From a virus (Duplodnaviria; Caudoviricetes), in the IMG/VR virus record IMGVR_UViG_3300023275_000004, positions 1 through 64,000 of that record: a stretch of 64,000 nt of DNA; one strand, 5' to 3'. Position 1 is the first letter of the stretch. Every line of letters begins with the position of its first letter. Below the pieces are notes generated by a model. The model saw nothing but the letters and a program-made list of their open reading frames with translations, had not been told where the DNA came from and ran no database searches. The translations under genes were made by a program, and so were the position numbers. Below are positions 40,042-49,592 of this stretch, piece by piece.

Positions 40042-40545
40042 TTAGGCAAGTCGTCCGCTACACACAGGTCCCATGCCGTCTTCGATCGACTGCTTTGCTG
40101 TCAACTTGCGTCCGCAGACACAGCAGAAAGAAATTTTGAGGCTGAGCTTTTTTCCTTCTTCCTTGGTCATCAGCATGTCAGCAGTGAAGCCAACCGGAGC
40201 TCCGCAGAATTCGTAGTACGCCTTCTTGCCCTCTGGAGTGCGAAGGATCTTTGCCCACTGCTTACCAGAGCCAGCCGTCCGAAGCTGAAAAACTCGGCCC
40301 TCTTTGACGTACACACCATCGGCCAGCTTCACGGAAGTCTGAGCAACAGTCTTGGACGGCCATGGGAGACCAAAGAGCCAGTTTTTGAGAGCGTCAACCT
40401 CACATTTTTTGACGTTGCACAGTTCCGCTTCGATAAGTTCCTTATTAGCTTCGGTGGTCTTCTTGGCAGCGATCTTACGCAGCATGCTCATCTGCGGTTC
40501 GGTAGCGGGAGCTTCAAGCGTTGCGGCGAGCCATGTCGTTGTCAT
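40042..40545 (-). CDS. DUF6011-like Zn-finger protein
   Basis: CCVCGRKLT...SI..GMGPVC; leaderless TTGACA-17-TAGTAT promoter. Confidence 0.8.
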   Translation of the reverse strand: MTTTWLAATLEAPATEPQMSMLRKIAAKKTTEANKELIEAELCNVKKCEVDALKNWLFGLPWPSKTVAQTSVKLADGVYVKEGRVFQLRTAGSGKQWAKILRTPEGKKAYYEFCGAPVGFTADMLMTKEEGKKLSLKISFCCVCGRKLTAKQSIEDGMGPVCSGRLA

Positions 40546-41272
40546 GTCTAAATACTATGGGAGCCCTCAACTGATGTCAAGGGCTCCCACTAGATTTTTA
40601 GTTGTTTATGTATGTCCAGTTCATGCCTAGCTCGCACACAAACCCTATGAAGAGCAGCAGCGCAGCCAGCCAAAACCATGGACTTTGGAAAATTTTCACC
40701 GTGACCCCAACCATAAGATGATTATGAAGATCATCAGCAGGATTAGGGAGACAGTGTGCCAGTTTTTCATGTCAGTCAGTAGCCTCCGAAACAGTCGCCT
40801 TGATGTCTGCCGAGGTAGCGTAAACCTCGCGGTCATCCTCCGTCACGATGTAAAAAGCCTGGCGTCCGTGATCCCAACGAACAACCTCACCGAACTCGCC
40901 GGTGTTCAGCTCAACGATCGCGCCCATGTCTAGCTCCTTGGGTAGTTGTTTCCTTGCTGATGATCTAAGACTATCAGATGTCTAGCTATCTTGCAAGCGG
41001 AATCTTAGTAACAGGAAGAAAGAATTGTGGAGTATGCAACAATAATCATGCATACCAGGAAGATCCATCCATTACGTTCGCTCATGACCTTCAGACTTTC
41101 TCACTTCTTACCTCCACAGAAGTCAGCGCTGATAGATTTTAACAGTCTACGATAGTGATAAGTAATTGTGACAAAGTTCTCTTTGCTGGCAGTCAGCAAA
41201 GAGGGAGCCTGTAGCGCTGATTGCTTACACTTCGTTGTCATGATTAGACCCTACTATCTAGGGCCTAGTCTG

Positions 41273-41806
41273 TCAATAGGTAGAGCTAGACGTGTCAGGC
41301 ATGCTGTAGTTGCTGCTGTTGTCAGCAGGCATCGAGATCGGAGTGTCATACACAGGAGAAGTGTACGTAGTAGGGTCACTAGCCACCTGAACAGGCTCAT
41401 ACGAAGCGAACACTCCAGGCAAAGTAGTCCCGTAGACAGCAACATTCATAGCTGTAGCAGCGGCCTCAACCTCGCTTTCTGCCACGGCCAACTGAGCAGG
41501 AGTGTAGGAGCTGCGAGACAGCCGGTAATCTTGACGCATCGGCGGGATGATCTTCTTCTCGGCACGGTGAGCGCCAGGGATCACCGGAACACTCGGCTTA
41601 GCAGGCGTGTTGGTGTTGTTCTTGTAGGCCACCACGACATCCGACTTTTCGGCAACCTTAGAAATTTCTGCCAGACTCTCAAGCGAGACCACGCCACGCG
41701 GCTTCGGCTCAGCAAGCGTCTGCATAGTGGACTTGCCATCAGTACGGTGACGACCATCCTTAGTGATCCGAAAGACGTTCTTACGAATCCAGGTGAACAG
41801 GCTCAT
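41273..41806 (-). CDS. Hypothetical low-complexity protein
   Basis: 177 aa, AAGGAG RBS. Confidence 0.5.
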   Translation of the reverse strand: MSLFTWIRKNVFRITKDGRHRTDGKSTMQTLAEPKPRGVVSLESLAEISKVAEKSDVVVAYKNNTNTPAKPSVPVIPGAHRAEKKIIPPMRQDYRLSRSSYTPAQLAVAESEVEAAATAMNVAVYGTTLPGVFASYEPVQVASDPTTYTSPVYDTPISMPADNSSNYSMPDTSSSTY

Positions 41807-41864
41807 GGGTATGCTCCTTATATGTTAGGTAGTTGCTTTCATCTATATGAGAAGTCTACAGTGA

Positions 41865-42764
41865 TCAACAACCCGCTGTCAACTCCCAGGCCACCAGATC
41901 TCTCGGCTTGTTAGTGGTGAGCACAGTCACTCCATAGTTAGTCATGTTAGACCAGTTAGTCACTGTGTCATACGAAGTGTTATCTGTGCTCCAAGCGATC
42001 ATATGAACCCCAGCAGCCTCATACCCATCGACAAATTCTTTTGAGGCAATATTTTTTACAGCTAGGGCGTAGTACTTCACCTTCAAGACATCCCGCAGGT
42101 AGGCAGGATTCTTGACGTTGACGGCTACCGACGAGACCGAAGCAGGGAACTCAATCAAGGCGTAAGTCAGGGCGCTGTAGCCAGAGTACGTCCTCATCTT
42201 TTTGATCGTGTCTTCACTCCCCTGAACGATGATCTTTGACGCCAGATTGTAAGTAGTGATGTATTGAAGCAGCTTAGCTGCTTGATCAGCGTTGGCAGGA
42301 GCAGCCTTCATATCCAGGATCGCAGAAATTTGAGCGTTGTTGACGGCTGTAAAAAAATCATAGGCACGAGCAACCTTGGTCTTCGATCCTTTAAACCGAG
42401 CATCTGTGTTCCATGGCGCATAGTCGGCAGCCGTGTAAGTCTCCACAGTTGTGTAAGTCTGAGCAGAGATAGCACCCTTACCATTTGTGGTGCGGTCTAG
42501 CGTGTCATCGTGTAGTAGGCGAGGATATCCAGACTTATCAAACTGAACATCCATCTCAACATACTTAGCTCCAGCAGCCTTGGCAGCGTTGATACCAGGC
42601 ACGGAATTTTCTGGAGCTTCGCTGACTGAGCCACGATGCCCGCTGACAGCAGGACAGATAAGAGAGTTGGTTACCGCAGTAGCAGGAGTGTTGCTCTTAG
42701 TCAGCACGGGAGTACCCAGCGCAAAGACTGTGGCTACCACAACTGAGATGACCTTGACGAACAT
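41865..42764 (-). CDS. Secreted glycerophosphodiester phosphodiesterase (GDPD)
   Basis: Signal peptide; GHRG, PENS, VEMDVQ, LLHDDTLDRTTNG, LTTN.P. Confidence 0.9.
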   Translation of the reverse strand: MFVKVISVVVATVFALGTPVLTKSNTPATAVTNSLICPAVSGHRGSVSEAPENSVPGINAAKAAGAKYVEMDVQFDKSGYPRLLHDDTLDRTTNGKGAISAQTYTTVETYTAADYAPWNTDARFKGSKTKVARAYDFFTAVNNAQISAILDMKAAPANADQAAKLLQYITTYNLASKIIVQGSEDTIKKMRTYSGYSALTYALIEFPASVSSVAVNVKNPAYLRDVLKVKYYALAVKNIASKEFVDGYEAAGVHMIAWSTDNTSYDTVTNWSNMTNYGVTVLTTNKPRDLVAWELTAGC

Positions 42765-42902
42765 GATTCCTCCGAAGATTTGAGTTTGTTTCATATCTCT
42801 TATACTTCAGACAGTATCATAGCTTCCTAGGATAGTCAACTTTCCCAAAATAGAAGCTGCCCCGGAGCATTATGCTCCGGGGCTAACTTTAACTTCTAGA
42901 GA

Positions 42903-43133
42903 TCAGCTAGCCTCTTCCTGGTCAGCCTTCGTACCGCCGTAAGGAAGCAGTTCGTTCCGCAGGACAGCGAACTTGCCGACACTCGTGTGAACGATCACGT
43001 TCCACGTGTCGACATCCTCAGGCTGACCGTCAATCGTGACGTACTGGTTGTCACCCTGCTCCAGGTAGTCCGAAGCATCGATCAGGTCGCCATCCTCGAA
43101 GTCCTCAGCGCGAACGAGAGAGATCGTAGCCAT
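42903..43133 (-). CDS. Acidic early hypothetical protein
   Basis: Conserved leader identical to that at 38586-38621. Confidence 0.6.
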   Translation of the reverse strand: MATISLVRAEDFEDGDLIDASDYLEQGDNQYVTIDGQPEDVDTWNVIVHTSVGKFAVLRNELLPYGGTKADQEEAS

Positions 43134-43756
43134 TTTGTTCTCCTTGGGTTGTTGTCTTGCTGATGAGTAGAACTCTACCTGATAGATCCTAGCCTCGTCA
43201 AGCTCTATTTTGTGAGTTCTTTCACAACCTCAGTTGCAATATCCAAGGCTGCGTAGAGGCCACCGTCGGTCTTGATTTCTTGGAAAAAGTTTGGGCCATG
43301 CAATGTCCACCGAAAATAACCTCCAGCGGGCATAGCAATCAGTACCCACTCACCGTCGTTAGCAACGTAGTGGGAATAGTCTTTAGCGGCTGTCCATTCG
43401 ATATCCATGGGTTAGACACTACTCCGACTTGTCGAAGCTGTCAACCTTACCTAGAGCCAAAGTTCCAGAAAGAGACCGCTCCAGCAGCAGCTACCAAGCT
43501 AATAGCAAGGTAGACATAGTTACCAGCAACAACAAAATTTAGCAGTGCTACAAGGAACACTGCTCCTAGCACTAGACCTATAAGCTTCCAAATCATCGCT
43601 TCCCCTGAACCGCTAGCAGTATGCCCGAGGAAAAGATCAGCCCAAGCGCTAGCATAAGTTGAAAAGTATTTTGTGTATAAGTGAAAGTAAGCAGAGTGAT
43701 CAGCCCGATCGAAAAAATCAGATAACAGACCACTCTAACAGCTGTTCCCATAAGAT

Positions 43757-44134
43757 TTACTCCTCGGGAGTTAGTGTGCGGATAATGAAATCTGCTTGGT
43801 CCATAGCCGCACCTACAGTCTCAGCAGTCAACAGGATGAATTGATTAGCATCGCCCTGCAAAAGAAATTTTCTATCCTCATAGTTAACGATCTGCCAGTC
43901 TCCGTCAGGAGTGGAGAAGCTATCGCCATCTTTTGAAGTAATCCAATCAATCTCAGTAAGAGCAGAGATCGGAAGCTCAGGAGCCTCTTCCTTTGGTGCC
44001 TTAGACCTCTTAGCCTCACCCTGAACGGCTTTTTTACATACCCACAGAAGAAGGATGAGTGCCCAAGCAAACGCGGGGATGTGAACGGAAGGAAGAAGGA
44101 AATCGACAAGGATCAAGCTGGCGATAACAAACAT
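43757..44134 (-). CDS. Membrane protein
   Basis: N-terminal hydrophobic segments. Confidence 0.5.
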   Translation of the reverse strand: MFVIASLILVDFLLPSVHIPAFAWALILLLWVCKKAVQGEAKRSKAPKEEAPELPISALTEIDWITSKDGDSFSTPDGDWQIVNYEDRKFLLQGDANQFILLTAETVGAAMDQADFIIRTLTPEE

Positions 44135-44145
44135 TTGAAATTTCC

Positions 44146-44469
44146 TCAGTTCACGTAGTAGTCAGCGAGGAAGCGAGCCATTCGGGGGTAAATGTAAGAT
44201 TTGACCGAGACAGACGACGGGCGAGTAGTAACACCTTCCATCGTTACATCGGTACGCATCACTACCTTGCCCTTTGTAAGAACTTCTGTGGTGTCAGGGT
44301 AGAGGATGGAAATTTCCTGCGTGCTGTGATCCACCTTGACATCGAACAGGTACTTGCCTGTCTTAGTAGTCGCAGTGTAGATGGACATTACGCCATCCTG
44401 AGACAGCTCAGGGTTAAAGTTGACCTTGACTCCCATGACACCTTCGACGCGGGAAATGTTGTCAGTCAT
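44146..44469 (-). CDS. Hypothetical protein
   Basis: ORF with GGAGG RBS before MTDN. Confidence 0.5.
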   Translation of the reverse strand: MTDNISRVEGVMGVKVNFNPELSQDGVMSIYTATTKTGKYLFDVKVDHSTQEISILYPDTTEVLTKGKVVMRTDVTMEGVTTRPSSVSVKSYIYPRMARFLADYYVN

Positions 44470-44505
44470 AATTCCTCCAGAGTTGAGATTCTTTCTCGAC
44501 AAGAC

Positions 44506-44886
44506 TTACTCTACAGGGTCTCCTGCCTTATCGTCAAGTACCTTACCCGCATCATACTCAGGATTTTCTAGCCGGTACTGGTCAAGGATAGTTCGCATAG
44601 CTCGGATCACTCGACGCGCTGCGTACAGTTGACCGTGGGAGTATTGCTTAGAGGCATCAGAGACGTTCGTTAGCTCAAGAGTAATTTGAGCCTCTTCAGC
44701 CATCTCGCTAGCTTGACTTAGCGCTGTAGCCGCCAGCATAGCCAGCACGTGACGATCAGGAGCGATAGCTGTATAAGCGTCTAGTGATGGCGCTTGCTTG
44801 ATGTCTGCAAGATCTTCATACCCAACATGATGCATGAGCCAACGTCGCATGGTTTGGCTGTTGTACTTTTCTCCTAAGTCATCCAT
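44506..44886 (-). CDS. Hypothetical protein
   Basis: 126 aa, GAGGAG RBS. Confidence 0.55.
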   Translation of the reverse strand: MDDLGEKYNSQTMRRWLMHHVGYEDLADIKQAPSLDAYTAIAPDRHVLAMLAATALSQASEMAEEAQITLELTNVSDASKQYSHGQLYAARRVIRAMRTILDQYRLENPEYDAGKVLDDKAGDPVE

Positions 44887-44942
44887 TATTTCTCCTCAAA
44901 TAATAGTAGGGCCAGGAACCCTGGCCCTACTAGTTTAGCTAC

Positions 44943-45284
44943 TTACGAGCAGGTAGAGCCATTGAAGTAGTAGCCGATCCGGCAGCGATCGTAGACTGCC
45001 TTGGAAATTTCCTTCTCGACGTGCTCACCCGTGCGCTCGTCAACGTAGGTGAGATCCCAGTCCTCACGCTCCTTGATACGAGGCGTGCGGCAGTCTCCAG
45101 GGCGCTTGAATTTCTTCTGACACTCCTTGGCAGTGTAGAACTTTGCCGGGTCATAGTCCATGTTCACGATAGTTCCTCGACCACTACCAACAGGGCCAGA
45201 GTGATAATGCCCGCCCAGCACAACGATGATAATAACGACCGCAGCAAGAACAACTACTCCAGCGGCGATAAGTCCTTTACGCAT
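44943..45284 (-). CDS. Secreted/membrane-anchored Cys-containing protein
   Basis: N-terminal TM/signal, four Cys; own TTGACA-17-TAATAG promoter. Confidence 0.6.
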   Translation of the reverse strand: MRKGLIAAGVVVLAAVVIIIVVLGGHYHSGPVGSGRGTIVNMDYDPAKFYTAKECQKKFKRPGDCRTPRIKEREDWDLTYVDERTGEHVEKEISKAVYDRCRIGYYFNGSTCS

Positions 45285-45513
45285 ACTATCCCCTTAATCT
45301 CTGTCTTAGTATTCTTTCACTCTATTACAGAGTGGAGTGACTGTCAAGTCCCTACGCCTGACAGCAGCATGTAGAGACAGAGCGCACTACCAACTCCAAA
45401 CAATCCAAAGAGAAAGAACCCATGGGGCTTTAATGCCCCGTCAGGGGTACGAATCAAAAGTAAGCACCCTAAAGAAAGAAATGCTAAGAGCACCATGAGA
45501 ATAGCTAGCTCTT

Positions 45514-45846
45514 TCACCAGCTCACCTTCCTTGAATGATACTTATCGTGAATTTTTTGAATTCCATGGTTGAGGCCCTTCGGCCACCAATTCTCAGGGAT
45601 CTTCAGATCGTCTGAATATCCAAATTCTTCGACAAGTATCTTGTCATAGATACCCGGCTTGAAATTTCCTTGCTTACGTTGCTCCATGATGATCTGAGCG
45701 TAAGTCTCAACCCGAGAATGATTGGCGATAGCCGCTGCCATCAGCTCAAGATACTCGTATGTATAGATTTGAGGATCTTGAAGCCACTCGAAACTCTTAA
45801 CTCGGATAGCTGCGGCAGCGTGTGCAGCGAGCGTAGCTGGATTCAT
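45514..45846 (-). CDS. Early hypothetical protein
   Basis: Behind the 43-bp promoter hairpin repeat. Confidence 0.55.
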   Translation of the reverse strand: MNPATLAAHAAAAIRVKSFEWLQDPQIYTYEYLELMAAAIANHSRVETYAQIIMEQRKQGNFKPGIYDKILVEEFGYSDDLKIPENWWPKGLNHGIQKIHDKYHSRKVSW

Positions 45847-46098
45847 CAGAACTCCTTCGTTATGGTTATGCTCAAATAATAACAGGCTCCCTCAACCGAA
45901 GTCAAGGGAGCCTGTCAAGATTTTACAGCCAGATCACGAAGCCAACCAAGCTTCCTGCGATCATGAGAAATCCCAGGATAAACCAGCGTGCTACCTGAGA
46001 GTCATCCGTTGTGCGAATATTTTTGATCGACTGCTTGACTGATGCCAGCCCTGCAACAAAAAATATTGCAATTACGAGCAAGGCCAGATAGTGATGGG

Positions 46099-46470
46099 TC
46101 ACTCCAGGAAGCTCTTCAGCTTCTCAGCGACTCCGCGAGCATTCTTAGCCTTCTCAAGGCGAGCCTCAGCAAGAGACCTCAGTTCATCTCCCTGAGCCTT
46201 GGCATCCTCAAGAATGCGGTCGGCTGAAGCCTTCAGAGCAGCAGCCTTAGAAGCTGCCATCTGACGAGCCTGCTCTGCCTCTGCCTGCGCAGTGTGTGCA
46301 GCATCCTCCAGCGTCTCAGCGGCACGCTCCTGAGCGTCATGAGCACGCTGAAAAAGTGCCGTCGCTTCAGCTCGCATGTCGTCAGCCAGCTCATCCACAG
46401 ACTTGCGCACAGCCTCAACGGCAGGCGCTTCCTTACCGAAATACTTGTTCCACAGTTCCTTAATGGACAT
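46099..46470 (-). CDS. Ala/Glu-rich coiled-coil protein
   Basis: Heptad-like A/E/Q/K composition; AAGGAG RBS. Confidence 0.6.
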   Translation of the reverse strand: MSIKELWNKYFGKEAPAVEAVRKSVDELADDMRAEATALFQRAHDAQERAAETLEDAAHTAQAEAEQARQMAASKAAALKASADRILEDAKAQGDELRSLAEARLEKAKNARGVAEKLKSFLE

Positions 46471-46507
46471 CTTTTCTCCTTGTGTTGGGTTTTCTGCTAG
46501 AACTATC

Positions 46508-47014
46508 TTACCGCATCTTCTCTTCCTCGGCAAGCGCGGCATCTTCCTGCTTTTTCAGCTTCTTATACATTTTGGTATAGATTTCGTAGAGCCTGTCCGA
46601 AAATTCTTCGTCATACTCTTCGATATCGTTGCCATCTGAAGCATCAGGGTAGTAGTTATCAGTGTCAGAGTAGATCACAGGAATCTCGTCAAGCCCAAGA
46701 AGGATGGCACAGACAACCCGGTGATGACCGTTTCCCAAGCCATAGGCACCACGACTATCGCGCCAGATGCATACGGGGTCAGTGAACCCTTCGTCAAGAA
46801 TTTTTTGTGCAAGCACAGGAGTGTGAGTATCACCGGCTTTGCTGGCGATCACATAAGCCCAGGTAGAAGGGGTGCCGTCAAACTCAATGGTGTTCCAGCC
46901 ACCATCAAAATCAGCACTCAGCGTTACCTTCTGCAAGATGTCGGTAACACTCCACATTTTGATCTCATATGTGACACCATACTCTTCGATGATGTCGCCC
47001 ACTTTGTAAGTCAT
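46508..47014 (-). CDS. ParB/Srx-like domain protein with acidic tail
   Basis: GFTDPVCI...LGNGHHRV...LGLDEIPV. Confidence 0.7.
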   Translation of the reverse strand: MTYKVGDIIEEYGVTYEIKMWSVTDILQKVTLSADFDGGWNTIEFDGTPSTWAYVIASKAGDTHTPVLAQKILDEGFTDPVCIWRDSRGAYGLGNGHHRVVCAILLGLDEIPVIYSDTDNYYPDASDGNDIEEYDEEFSDRLYEIYTKMYKKLKKQEDAALAEEEKMR

Positions 47015-47326
47015 GATAAAAATACTAACGGCCAGAGGCTATGTTGTCAACCTCTGGCCGCTAAATACTTCAACTATCTTCTGTGTGACGCTCCGGGCGA
47101 GCATAGAAAGTCACGCTCTTGAAAGCAAGATCGCCCTTGAACAGCGTAACTACTCTGCCTCGCTTGCCTTCAATAGGAACTCCATCTTTGAGGTACCAAA
47201 CCAAAATCTGCATTTTTGCAGGCTCTAGTGTAACCAACTCTCCAATGTTCATTCCTACGTTAGTGCTCTTGCTCGTATAGAGCACTGTGTCACCAACTTC
47301 AAGATTGCTACCTAGCCAATCTTTCA

Positions 47327-48190
47327 TCACACCATCCCTAGCATGTGCCTCAACTGAGTGAAACCATGGAAGTTTCCGTGAAGCGCTCCTGTCAATGGTA
47401 CACCAGCAGCCGCTACATGTTCAAGAGGGCTAGCGTGAGGTGGCTTATGTCTTGCTAGTCGATCGAACAGCTCAATATCCTTGTCAAGATCACGTACGCC
47501 ATCATGCGTAAGATAGCTGACCCTGGCACACCTGGCAGCAGAAATTTTCAGCAGCGGGTTAGCCGCTACAATTTCCCATTCTCGCAGGCCACGGCCGTTT
47601 CTAGACATCACGATCGGAAACTCCTTAAGCTCTTCAACCGTGATGTAAGGAAGGTGCCAACCTCCCCACGGAATGCGTACTGGAGTACTGGCATCATAAG
47701 CAGTCTTCATAGCTACTGCCGCCGCTCGAATCTCGGGCTGAGCGTCAGGATGGCAGCGTTGTGCCCAAAATCCCTTCCAATTTGTAGCTGACACAATAAT
47801 TGTGTGCGGAAGAAAGGGCTCAAGTAGACGGTTGATCACTGACTTGTGAACACCAATCTTGAAAAGTTTGTCAGCACTCTCAACCGCAGCATCCCTAGCT
47901 TGAAGCCATTCTTGCTCAGCCTGCTCTTTAACATCCTCGGGAAGTTCTGCACCGCCCTGCATACCCTTTTGCTCTTGGGGCCAGGATAGCGGGACGGCTG
48001 GATTCTCTAGAGCCTTAGCACGCATCTTAGCGAAAGGAATTGCACGCGAGCTGGCAGAATTTCTGGAGAATGCACGATGAGTATTGAACTCTGCGAGCAC
48101 AAATCTATGTATCGTACACTCAATCGTTGTTAAACGATCTCCTTCCTCAGTGATAGTGTCTGCTACTACGTGAGCGTTAGGTTGAAACAT
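47327..48190 (-). CDS. thyX: FAD-dependent thymidylate synthase ThyX
   Basis: EFNTHRAFSRNSASSR, HKSVINRLLEP, AQPEI, SAARCARVSY, HASPLEH. Confidence 0.9.
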   Translation of the reverse strand: MFQPNAHVVADTITEEGDRLTTIECTIHRFVLAEFNTHRAFSRNSASSRAIPFAKMRAKALENPAVPLSWPQEQKGMQGGAELPEDVKEQAEQEWLQARDAAVESADKLFKIGVHKSVINRLLEPFLPHTIIVSATNWKGFWAQRCHPDAQPEIRAAAVAMKTAYDASTPVRIPWGGWHLPYITVEELKEFPIVMSRNGRGLREWEIVAANPLLKISAARCARVSYLTHDGVRDLDKDIELFDRLARHKPPHASPLEHVAAAGVPLTGALHGNFHGFTQLRHMLGMV

Positions 48191-48223
48191 GAACTGCCTC
48201 TTTCAAGTAAGTTAAAGCTCGTC

Positions 48224-48484
48224 TTACGAATTCTTAACAATCTTGCGCCCGCCACCCTTGGGGCCTGTGGCTGTAATCCTATGCGTGTGCTCGTACCACT
48301 GTTTACCACACCACTGATGCGAGCAAGGATGCGCCACCTTCTTAGCACAAGTTTTATGACTACACGGCCCATGCTTGTATGAAGGTCCATTGTGATCTAG
48401 AAATGGATGGTCAGAAATTGTAGTAAGCCGATCACCCTCTTCAGTGATCGTATCTGCAATCACCTTTGAGTTAGGCTGAAACAT
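48224..48484 (-). CDS. Small protein: ThyX N-terminal duplicate fused to a His/Cys-rich tail
   Basis: First 23 aa nearly identical to the ThyX N-terminus. Confidence 0.55.
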   Translation of the reverse strand: MFQPNSKVIADTITEEGDRLTTISDHPFLDHNGPSYKHGPCSHKTCAKKVAHPCSHQWCGKQWYEHTHRITATGPKGGGRKIVKNS

Positions 48485-48726
48485 CCTGATCCTCCAATAC
48501 TATGTGCGATTCTGAATAGACTTGCCAAGCCTCTAGTTCTGATTCTGACAGACTAGCAATAAAGTTTTCTTGTACTCGGCGTCGGTCTTCTCGTTTAAGC
48601 CCGCGATTAGCCTCGTAATATCGAATAGAGGTTAGCTTTCCCAGAATCTTTACGTGAAGATCAGGCGCAGTCTCCTTCGGAATATATTCCAGCAGTCGGG
48701 TTAGCTCAGAAACTGTTAAATGCATA

Positions 48727-49263
48727 TCAACTCCAAGTAGCAATTTTCTTACCATTGTAGGTAAGCGTGATAGTTCCTTGCTTGTATGTGTTCATAGGTG
48801 CCTCAAGGCTCATCTTGTATACCTTGGTTGCGCCAGCCTTGAGATTGTCTGAAAGAGGATCTGAACCAGAAATCTGATAAAAATCTTCGTTCGTCTTGCT
48901 GTCGAAATAAATCTTAGCAGCATCACCGCTCCACGCCGAACGAGCCTTGACAGTGATATTGAAGGTAACTATCTGTGTTCCGGAGTTGGTAGTTACTGCA
49001 CGTGAGTTAGCAGGATCACTGACGTAAATAGAGACATCTCCCTCGTCAACTGTGAGCCTGTAAGCCGATCCATAGCTCAAGGTCTGGTAGGCAGTCTTCT
49101 CGGGCGCAGGAGCCGTAGTTTTAGCCTTCTGAGGAGCCGCCTGAGGGGCCTTTGTAGTTGGTTGGGTATAAGGGGTTGGGTTGGAAGTGTTAGGGGCTCC
49201 TGCTGTCTCACAGCCGCCTAGAGCTAGGGCAGCAACAGCTATTAGCAGAACAGTACGCTTCAT
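48727..49263 (-). CDS. Lipoprotein
   Basis: MKRTVLLIAVAALALGGC lipobox, Pro/Thr linker, beta-rich domain. Confidence 0.75.
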   Translation of the reverse strand: MKRTVLLIAVAALALGGCETAGAPNTSNPTPYTQPTTKAPQAAPQKAKTTAPAPEKTAYQTLSYGSAYRLTVDEGDVSIYVSDPANSRAVTTNSGTQIVTFNITVKARSAWSGDAAKIYFDSKTNEDFYQISGSDPLSDNLKAGATKVYKMSLEAPMNTYKQGTITLTYNGKKIATWS

Positions 49264-49592
49264 AATTTTCTCCAAAAGTAGTAGAGCAGGATCGATTGAT
49301 CCTGCTCTATCATATCACTCGACTTCCCACTCTTCTATTTTCCTAGTTGCCTTGCCCCATCGAACTCTGGCATAAGATCCATGAAGCTCTGGGTAGTCAC
49401 TAACATAGAAAGTCCCCCAGAGGTTAGCAGCCTCAACTCCATTCCTGCGATAGTCTCCCATTTCTGTAGAGACAGGAACTTGGAGATCCATCTTTAGTTC
49501 TCCTCGGACTCCCCACTTACTCGCAGCTTCTTGAACTTCCTTAATAAAAGCCTTCATGGAAATTTCTGCTTCGGCTCTAGCAATATCGTCCA

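Larger units (their letters stand above)
33060..47062 (-). promoter_or_regulatory. Array of repeated early promoter/stem-loop/leader modules, roughly one per gene
   Basis: At least 15 TTG(A/C)NN-17/18-TANNNT promoters, many inside inverted repeats; shared leaders TAGATACAAG(C)AAGAC-AACAACCCAAGGAG or -GAGCTAGGGAG. Confidence 0.8.

Noticed and set aside
41168-41914. 248-aa plus-strand ORF
   Set aside because: Antisense to 41273-41806 in a uniformly minus-strand region; Arg/Ser-rich shadow composition
33060-47062. Repeated intergenic motifs as a CRISPR array or integron attC sites
   Set aside because: Repeats are variable, separated by whole genes and explained by -35/-10/RBS elements; no constant repeat-spacer period, no cas1/cas2 and no integron integrase in the window
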